A stretch of DNA of 64,000 bases from Podarcis pityusensis (Eukaryota). Every line of letters starts with the position of its first letter. Positions within the stretch are counted from its first letter, which is position 1. Positions 1 through 10,222 of this stretch are shown piece by piece. The stretch is from NCBI GenBank assembly GCA_964106645.2, contig OZ067053.1, one strand, 5' to 3'. The notes below the pieces were generated by a model. The model was not told the origin of the DNA. It saw only the letters and a program-made list of their open reading frames with translations, and made no database searches. Position numbers and translations under genes: made by a program.

Positions 1-277
1 CTCTCGCCATATACCCTGCGGGATGCGTGGACGCGCGGGTTCGGTTTGCACGGGCTCTGAGAGGCAAAGGCACTCTGCACACGCACAGAGGCGCCCTTTG
101 CCACTTAGGTTCAGAAGACCCTGAGGATGCAGCTTAGAAATGCTGCCTGGTCCCCAGGCCTGGCCCTGCTCAACGCCTCGGAGCAAAAGGAGGTGGCGGA
201 GGAATGCGAAGCCCCGCGTGGACCCTCGCCCGGCCCCGCCACCCCGTCCCCTCTCCCTTCGCCCCTCTGCCCCGCGC

Positions 278-287
278 GGAAGGATAC
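278..287 (-). other. U12-type (minor spliceosome) 5' splice site of ARL2 intron 1
   Basis: The minus strand reads GCT/GTATCCTTCC exactly where ARL2 similarity stops. This matches the U12 donor consensus RTATCCTT. Confidence 0.85.
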
Positions 288-352
288 AGCATCAGCAGCC
301 GCAGCTCCCGCTCCTTCTGCTTCATCTTCTTCAGGATGCTGAGCAGCCCCAT
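288..352 (-). CDS. ARL2: ADP-ribosylation factor-like 2, coding exon 1 (partial gene; continues off the left edge)
   Basis: ATG at 352-350 encodes [22 protein letters not shown], matching the ARL2 N-terminus as I recall it ([30 protein letters not shown]). The 65-nt coding exon ends in phase 2 at a GTATCCTT donor. Confidence 0.93.
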
Positions 353-2196
353 CTCCCTCTCGCGCCGGCGGAAGGAGCCGCCCCGCCCACGCAGGAATGC
401 CGGGGGCTTTCGGGACCAAAGAGGTACAAACAGAAAAGAGGCTTTTGTGCAATTCGGGCTTCCGACCGCCGCTCTATCAAGACCTCCATATGCGGGGCAT
501 CCTAGAGGGGTCTTCTCCCAACCATCTCCTTTCTTTTTTAATCTATTGGAATAAGGAATATTGCAATAAGGAAGCACAGCTGCTAGAGGTTTGAATGGTA
601 CAGTCGGGAGGAACCCAAGGAGTCATCTAATCCAACCCCCAGCCCGCAATGCGCTTCGATACAGCGCTTTGAAATAATCCGAAGAAAATACTTTTGCTCA
701 ATGAACTTGTCCGCTTCTCCATTTGACTTTTGGGCGGGGATTATGAAAGAGATTTCTTTGAATTTATGAATGTCTGCTCAGAAAAGCCCAATAGAGTTCA
801 GTGGGGCGTCCTCCCAGGTAAGTGCGTATATTAGCATCACTGCATTGCAGCCTTCGGACACTTTGCTGGTCTAGGAGTTACTTCTGAGCAGACCATGTGT
901 TAAGATTCCGCGAAAAGTCCCTATTTGTTGATCTTCTCGGGCAAACGGGAACCCGAAGTCGAGATAGTGGAAGATTCTCCGACTGCGCTGCGCCACTTCC
1001 CTCTCCATTGCTTATTATTCGCCAGGACACGCCCCTTCCCTATCCTGCCCAATGGAAAGGAAGACCAGCTGCCTGGTCGATGGCGAAAAAACAGACTCGT
1101 AACTTGAAGACTGACATATAGGGCCGGAAAACGGATTCAATATAATTTCTCTCTCTCTCTCTCCCCCACCCACTTTGGAAAGCTGGCCATGGAAAGAAAA
1201 AAGTCACGGTTTCCCCCACCCCCTAAATTCAGGTCCTAAACTGAAGGGTCCTTCTGAAGGAAAGACGGGATAACAGAAAGAGGCATATAAGCACCATTTT
1301 ATGAATGAATGAATGGAATGAATGAACAATGTGATGTATTTAAAAAAAACGCTTCTGGCTATTTTAGAAGAGCAACGTGGCAAATCAGCGGCTGAGCGCT
1401 GGATCTGGGCCGAGGGAGTCGAAAAGGCAAAATGTTTATTAATTTTTACTGCAACCTGAGAGGTATTTTCTGTTGAGAGGTTGGCTGGAAATCCACACCA
1501 GCCTCGACCCCACTTCTGACCTGGACTGCACTGCAGGGCTGTTGTAACTCTACCGGTCATCCATGAAGCACCGCAGAGGACTACATTGCATGGTTGTTGT
1601 AACCGAGTCCTTCACTTTCAGGCTGACCCCTACCCCCTCGCCTGAACCTACACTAAGGGGAGAAGATGAGACTGCATCCGTGTTGGAATTGGCAGAGTTG
1701 TTTTTTTTTTTTTTCAACAATGTTGAAAACTATGTTGGGGAGAACTCTCCGCCCTTGAGGCAAAAAAGTTGATCCGGAAGCTGGTCGCAGTGTATGAGTC
1801 TACTGATATAAGTCTAAGGAAGGCATAGTTTTCAAGTGCCGTTCTTGATGTCATGTGGCCTTCTTGACCGATCTTTCTTCTAGCCAATAAACAGCCACAA
1901 GGCCAGAAGCACTTCCGGGGAAGCTCCATTCCACGGAAATAAGAACATATAGAGCTGCACCTTATTAGTTTGTATACTCAATGTCCGGGTTTTCGAGAAT
2001 ACAAAGCCATTTAAAAAATCTCCCCTTGGAGCTCAAATGAAATGCGGGATTTTAGACCAGTTATAATTGGGCGTCACCAACAAACAAAACGAAGCAGCAA
2101 AGAGAAATGAGCCTTTTTCTGTCTCTAACCCGTGTGTTGCTTCGTGTGAAAGATGCCATTTTAAAAAAGTTTATTATGCTGCAATCCTAAACCCAT

Positions 2197-3771
<1,575 letters not shown>

Positions 3772-3840
3772 TAGCTCACTGTGTGGCATCGGGCTAGTCA
3801 GTGCCTCTCAGCCTAACCTACCTCGCAGGTTTGTTGTGGG

Positions 3841-3996
3841 CATAGCTGTCAACTTTCAGATTTGAAAATAAGGGATCAGCAGCCTCACCTGTCCTGGGGA
3901 CAGTCTACGGGATATCTAACAATCCAGGATAGCAGCGGGAAACGGGCACTGGAATAAGGGAATTTCCCACAAAAAAAGGGAAGGTTGACAGCTATG
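3841..3996. mobile_element. hAT-type MITE in the SAC3D1 intron, inserted into an older SINE-like repeat
   Basis: 13-bp TIRs catagctgtcaac / gttgacagctatg, with an 8-bp TSD gttgtggg at 3833-3840 and 3997-4004. Confidence 0.85.
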
Positions 3997-4422
3997 GTTG
4001 TGGGGATTAAATAAGGAGGGGGAGGACCATACAAGCCACCTTGAGTATCTTGGGGGGAAAGCTGGGATATAAAAGCAGTAAGAAATAAATATGCTTCCAT
4101 GAAAAGGTGAGATATCAATGCAGTAAGAAATAAATTCCATCCCTGAAAACAGGGGTACCCACTGGAGGGGGGGTTCACATAATCAATCACATGACGTGCA
4201 TGCACACCATTTGAATGGCAATGCCCATCAACTTTGGGGAGGGGGCCCAGCCCCCTCAAATATTTTATGGAGGGGCTGAAGCCCCCTCGTCCCCTAGGAG
4301 TTGGCTCCTATGCCTAAAAGGTTGGGATATAAATATAGCAATAAATGAATTTTCTTCCCTGGTCCTTCTATAAAGCCCAGTCATCCTGACCTTTTGCTCC
4401 TTTCTCCTCCCACCCCAAACAG

Positions 4423-4886
4423 GCTCTCCAGTAGCTCTCTGGGAGACCCTGCAGCTCCCCAATGCCATCCGAACCTCCCCAGATGTCTCCACTGCGCTGA
4501 CCATCAATTGGGCCTTCCTGGAGCGGAATTTTGCCCGCTTCTTCCGCCTGGCCCGGGAGCTGCCTTACCTGCCCAGCTGCGCCCTTCACCCCCACCTGGC
4601 TGGGGCCCACCGCCTGGCCTTGATGACCTTCAGCCACGGCTTCAGCGCCAGGAACTCCCGCTACCCTCTGGCACGGCTGGCACGGCTGCTGGCCATGGAC
4701 AGCGTGGAAGAGGCAGCGGACTTATGCCAGGCCCATGGCTTGACCGTGTTGGAGGGGGACGTGGTCTTCCAGAAGGGCTCCTTCAAGGACGGTGTGCCTT
4801 TGGTGCATAAGCCTTCCCGCCTGCTTGTGGATGGCACATGGGGGGAGTCTACTCTGCTGGAGCTCTCGGAGAGGGTCTGCAGCTGA
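4423..4886 (+). CDS. SAC3D1: SAC3 domain-containing protein 1, coding exon 2 (terminal)
   Basis: A polypyrimidine tract and cag acceptor end at 4422. The phase-compatible frame GSPVALWETLQLP...NFARFFRLARELPYLPSCA...LCQAHGL...VVF runs to TGA at 4884-4886. The spliced CDS is 1044 nt (347 aa). Confidence 0.9.
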
Positions 4887-5022
4887 CCCCCTTGCAATGA
4901 CTCTGTGTGCGTGAGCTGAGACTGGAAAGGGGTTTGCAGCTCAGGGTTTTACCCCTAGAGAAGTTAGACAGGCTCCCTCATTGTCGTCTGCCTGGCAGTA
5001 GGCTTCAGGTGCAGAAAGTGTA

Positions 5023-5280
5023 CAGTGGTACCTTGGGTGAAGTTCTTAATTCGTTCCGGAGGTCCGTTCTTAACCTGAAACTGTTCTTAACCTGAAGCAC
5101 CACTTTAGCTAATGGGGCCTCTTGCTGCTGCCGCGCCGCCGGAGCACAATTTCTGTTCTCATTCTGAAGCAAAGTTCTTAACCTGAAGCACTATTTCTGG
5201 GTTAGCGGAGTCTGTAACCTGAAGCGTATGTAACCTGAAGCGTATGTAACCTGAAGTGTATGTAACCCGAGGTACCACTG
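5023..5280 (+). mobile_element. Tc1/mariner-pogo (Tigger-like) MITE, family A, copy 1
   Basis: TIRs cagtggtacct.../...aggtaccactg, TA on the left flank and internal taacctgaagc repeats. It is homologous to the copies at 7561, 36509 and 58954. Confidence 0.85.
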
Positions 5281-7560
5281 TGTTTTAATTGCTGGTTCTA
5301 AGAGCGTTCTGCTGTATTTTTATTTCATTTACACCCCCCTTTTCCTCCATGAAGCATTGTTGTTGTCGTCCACCCATCCGACTTTGTTGCCCCAGCCACC
5401 CTGGGCAGCTTCCGTAATATAAAAACACAGTGAGACATCCTATGTTTAAAAACCTCCCGATACATGTCTTCATCTCCCTTCACTACCTTGAGCTCCTTGG
5501 AGGAAAAAGGTTGGGATATGAATGCAATAAATAAGTCAATGTTGTTTTTAAATGTGCCTTGAGTCTCACCTTGGGAGGAAGGTGGGGTAGAAAATATTAA
5601 ATAGCAGCAATATTATTGCTCCTGAAGGCAGTTGAGGGAAGTGTGGGCTCTGACTCTCCTTGGGGGCAGCAGAAGATGGGGAAATGGGACAGCACAGTTT
5701 CCATACAGGTCTGACCTTTAAATGCATCCTTCCAGGAAAAAGAAAAATGTTCCCTGTAGATCAAGGGCAGGCAAGCTGTGGCCCTGAATTGGACTTCAGC
5801 TTCTGTCAGCCCATTTCATTGACCATGCTGGCTCAAGGTGATGGGAGCTGAGAGTCCAGAACATCTGGAGAACATCTGTTTCAAGAAGGATAAGCCATGT
5901 TGCAAAAAAAAAAAAAAAAAAAAAGTTTTATGGCAGCTTAAGGTTCCATTCCTCTGCCATTCGAAAGTTAGCACATCTGGGCTAGAGGTTCCAGCAAGGC
6001 CCTTTCCTCCACTGTGCTGGCTCCCTTAATGTACGAGAGCATTAAAATTTTAATTATTGCTCCCACCCCTAGTGGCCTTGACGTTGTAGAGTCCATTCTA
6101 CCACCACATTTTGCTGCTTGCACAGAGTCCACATATTGTCATGCGCTGCCCCCTGCAGGTTTGGAGGACTTTATGCAAGGCTAGAAGGAAGTTTTTACAC
6201 CCTCCCTGAATTAAGAATGCAAGAGCCCTGCTGGATCAAACCAGTCCTTTCCACCATCCCTTTCCCCACAGTTCTCTGGACACCCCCGTGAATGCTAGTC
6301 TCATGTGTGGAGCATTTAGTTATTGTTTGGAAAACTGAACTGAATGTTACTACAGTAATGTCAGCTGTCAGAAGAGATTGCGGTGATGGTAGTTGTTTTG
6401 TATACAGTTTGCATGCCGAAGTGATGCTGCATCTGAGAAGCTGTGAGTGAACTATAACCTTGTTTTCTAAAAAAAAACCCGGGCCTGCAAACATTAAACG
6501 CTTGGACAACTTTAAAATGTAGCCCCACCTGCCAGTGCTGGGGAATGGATGACAAGAAAATGCTTTTCGTCACAGAGAACCACTGTAAAAAGTCTGAGCC
6601 AAAATTGCCATCTCCTGGGAAGGTACTGATAAATATATGAACCTGAGGGGCCAGAACTTGGGGGGATGCTCAGGAGAAATTGAACTTGCTGCACTTGAGA
6701 AGCTCTTGTAAGAGAATTGTGCACAATTGAAGCAAGAAATCCAGAAGGCTGTAAAAGGAGCTTTGATTTTCTTTATGATATTAAAATGTTTCATTTCTCC
6801 CCAAACGGTCAGCATTTGAGATATGGCATTTCCCGCCCCCCACTTTCACTCTAGAGTGCCACTCGTCTTGACATCACATTGCCTTAAGTGAGGGAGCTTC
6901 CCTAAAAATTAAATCCTTACACCCCCACCCCGGACTTCCTAGGGAAAACGTGGGTGCCTGTGGAAGTAATGCAGAACCTCTTCTCACATCATATGTGCTT
7001 GCAGAACAGCTCACTTGTTGTATGTGCAAATGATACACCCTTCTTATGCAGGCCTTTGTCCTCTTGGGCCTGCAACACCTTGCACTCTAACACACAAACA
7101 TGTGGCCCCTTTAGATGCTGTCGCTTTATAAAGAGAATCTTGTTGATCCAGGCATTCATCAGAAAAGACTTTGTAGGCCCCATGTATAACACCGGATTGT
7201 AGACCTGAAGAATGCTCAGTAGATCACCTATTCCTGCCCAAGCAAATGCAGGAAAACCCGACAATTATGTCTGTCCTAAGTCTGTGGTTGGTTTTCCTAA
7301 TGTTTATGTAGTGTGTGAGATGTTTGCTGTTTTAGGAGGCTCCTGTATGAAAAAGTTTATCTGGAGATGTTAAGTGGGAGAGATATTGCTTTGTGTCTGC
7401 CTTAACCCCTCAGACCACCCTTTTACATTATGCGCTAACTGACTGGAGTGTAAGAGAAGCCCTGGTGAGATTGGCTCAGGAAATCGTGGCTGCAGTGCAG
7501 TATTTAAGTCTGCTGCAGTTCTATGCATGCCTACCTGGGAGCAAGCCCTACTGAGACATA

Positions 7561-7786
7561 CAGTGGTACCTCAGGTTAAGTACTTAATTCGTTCCGGAGG
7601 TCCGTTCTTAACCTGAAACTGTTCTTAAGCTGAAGCACCACTTTAGCTAATAGGGCCTCCTGCTGCCGCTGCGCCGCCCGAGCCCGATTTCTGTTCTTAT
7701 CCTGAAGCAAAGTTCTTAACCTGAAGCACTATTTCTGGGTTAACTGAGTGTGTAACCTGAAGCGTATGTTACCCAAGGTACCACTG
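7561..7786 (+). mobile_element. Tc1/mariner-pogo MITE, family A, copy 2
   Basis: TIRs cagtggtacct/aggtaccactg with a TA duplication at 7559-60 and 7787-88. Confidence 0.88.
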
Positions 7787-8912
7787 TACATCTGAATAAA
7801 CACGCACAGGATTGCAGTGCATGGTAGAAAGAGACCAGGGTCAGTTTTGGAAGGAGCCATAACTTGGCAGTAGGTCATCTGCTTGGCATGTTCAATCTCC
7901 TCTTTGCCTGAGACCCTGGAGTACCACTGCTGGTCAGTCAGTAGACTATTGGGCAAAGGGGACAAGGCAGCTTTATGTACTCGAAGGTATATAATGTGCA
8001 TGAGGTTCTTTTATACTATGAGCATGGAGTGTTCCAATTTTGCTCCTCTCCTAAATCAACACACACTTCTCTCTGGTAATTTTCACTTTGCTGAGTTTTG
8101 GCTCTTCCTCCAGGTTCACCTGTTCCAGGTGTTCAGCCTCAAATTGTGAAGGCACAAGCTGCTGCACGTCCGACTTCTCCTGCTCAGAGTGGGAAGATCC
8201 TAAGGGGGCTTCTCACTGCATTAGGCTGAATGCTTTTCCAAGTCCCCTCACAATCAGCTATGCGGCTATGGCAAGGCTACTGAGGCCCAACTCTGGTTGC
8301 AGTAGATCAGACTGCATTGAAACCAGTGAATGCATAACATAAGCACATTCCATCTATCAGTGATGGTGTTGCAAAACATAAGATGCAAAGACATAATAAT
8401 AGACTGTGACATAGCATGGATTCTTGGATGGGCCTACATTGTGAGGCAGGTATATGACATTCTTTAATCACTGTGACTCATTCTGCATAATTATTTAATC
8501 CCCAGCCTTAAAAATATAAAACCCTAAAGGTTTGCTAGGGCTCAGTTGTATCTGAAATGTACAGCCTGCCTCCTGCTGTCTCTTGCTGCGAATTACGACC
8601 CCTGGTATGGAGTGGACTTTACCCCTGGACTTTGACAGCTTCGATAAATATATTTAAGGATCTATCCTGTTCTCTTGATTGAGGTTTCTTTTCATTGGTT
8701 TTAACATAGTATTTTTTAATTGTTGCAACCCGCCCTGGCGCCTTAGGATGAAAGTCGGGCAAGTAATCTTCAAAGCCCCCTTCAGACCTCCCCACACAAT
8801 GATGGAAGGTTGGGGTGGCTTTTAGTCTGGGTTCACACCTATGTGTTGCTTGGAAATGCAGCTGGGATACTGGGGAATAAAAGGTTCAGGAGGTCAAAAG
8901 GTTAATAAACAC

Positions 8913-8918
8913 TTTATT
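8913..8918 (-). terminator. Probable AHNAK polyadenylation signal (AATAAA)
   Basis: tttatt on the plus strand marks the end of an AU-rich ~1.3 kb region downstream of the AHNAK stop. A U/GU-rich stretch follows on the minus strand. Confidence 0.6.
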
Positions 8919-10222
8919 TCCATTTTACAATATCAGTTATTCTCAATTAATTTGCTTTTAAAGTGCTGAAAAGATTTTCCTTTTACTGTTTTGTTTTAAA
9001 ATTGAGATACATTTGTTAAACAAAAAGATGAAGTAGATAACAAATAGCATCTGTAAGGTTGGGAGGGAATATAGAAGGCCTTGAAGAATTTTGCTCCACA
9101 TCTCAGAAAACTTTCATTTCATTATACAAAAATAACAAATATATAGAGATGACTAAGATGGTGTCAGAATGTACACAAAATCTTTGGTTAATTTATTTTA
9201 TCGTGACTTTTTTAACCAGACAAAAATGGAAAATTATACCATGGGTGTTTTATTACATCTGTCCTGTATCAAATGAATACAAAAAACCTGACCTTTATGC
9301 AGCAATGTAAGACTGTGAGGCCCCAAATTTGACACATCTCAGTTGCATCTATATATTTTTACAGAGTTTTTTTCTTTTTCTTTTAACACATCCAATTTTT
9401 AAACAACAGAATTTTTTTAGCTGCCCCCTTCCACAGATAAAAGCAGGAGGGGGAGGGGAGTCATTGAAATGGAAAACAATTGCCATAGATCAACACTGAA
9501 GATATTTAGCAAGTCGAAAAGTATATATATTTATATGTTTTTAAAAGCTTGCTTAAGTAAACGTAAAGCTCTCAGCGTACGAAGCGCAAACCCCCAACCC
9601 TAAAACACAAGAGAGAACTTCCAAAATACATCTGAGGAACTGTACACCCCACCTTCCTAATGGCACAGCTTTAAATATCACATAAATCCAGGTTCTACCT
9701 CTTCTCAAACTGGTAGCCGGAAGAAGTGCCCATCACACAATCGGCATTATTACCCATGGCACAAATGATACTGTTTAATTCAAACTGATACAGCTGATTC
9801 ACCAAGCAGCATTCTGTGTTATGTGTGTGTTGCCGCTTTTTTTAAAAAAAATGGCACTACTTAACCATTATTACAGCCACAGTGCATTGTGGGAAGCACG
9901 GCAATGCATTCTGGGATGCAAGTTTACCTGCCATATCACTGCTTTAAGAACTTTGCAAAAAAAAAAAAAGCCGCTGTATCAGTTTCTGTGAGATATTTAT
10001 ACATATAATCTATGGAAGAGATAATCATGTTGGGATGACTCCCTGACCACAGTAAAAACATGGTTATTTCTCAGTTAAGGCCTACCATTTCACTGGGCAC
10101 CCTGTTTTTATTGCTGAGCATTTCAAGCTAGGAAATTTGTATATACACACATATAAGGGAGATAGATAAGATATATACACACAGAGACAATATGTACACG
10201 AGAACCCCCCCCCCCATTTCAC

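Larger units (their letters stand above)
1..480. promoter_or_regulatory. CpG island over the ARL2 promoter and exon 1
   Basis: Very GC- and CpG-rich sequence with GC boxes (ccgccccgccc near 378-388) around the ARL2 start. Confidence 0.7.

Noticed and set aside
785-852. Perfect CAG/GTAAGT donor at about 815-823
   Set aside because: It lies in a short interspersed repeat resembling the one around 7512-7556, and I see no matching exon or acceptor, so I did not call it an exon.
6560-6780. Purine-rich, coding-looking stretch (…ELAALEKLL*ENCAQLKQEIQKAVKG…) as a pseudogene or SNX15 remnant
   Set aside because: It is interrupted by stops and has no similarity I can recognise. A tblastx search would be needed.
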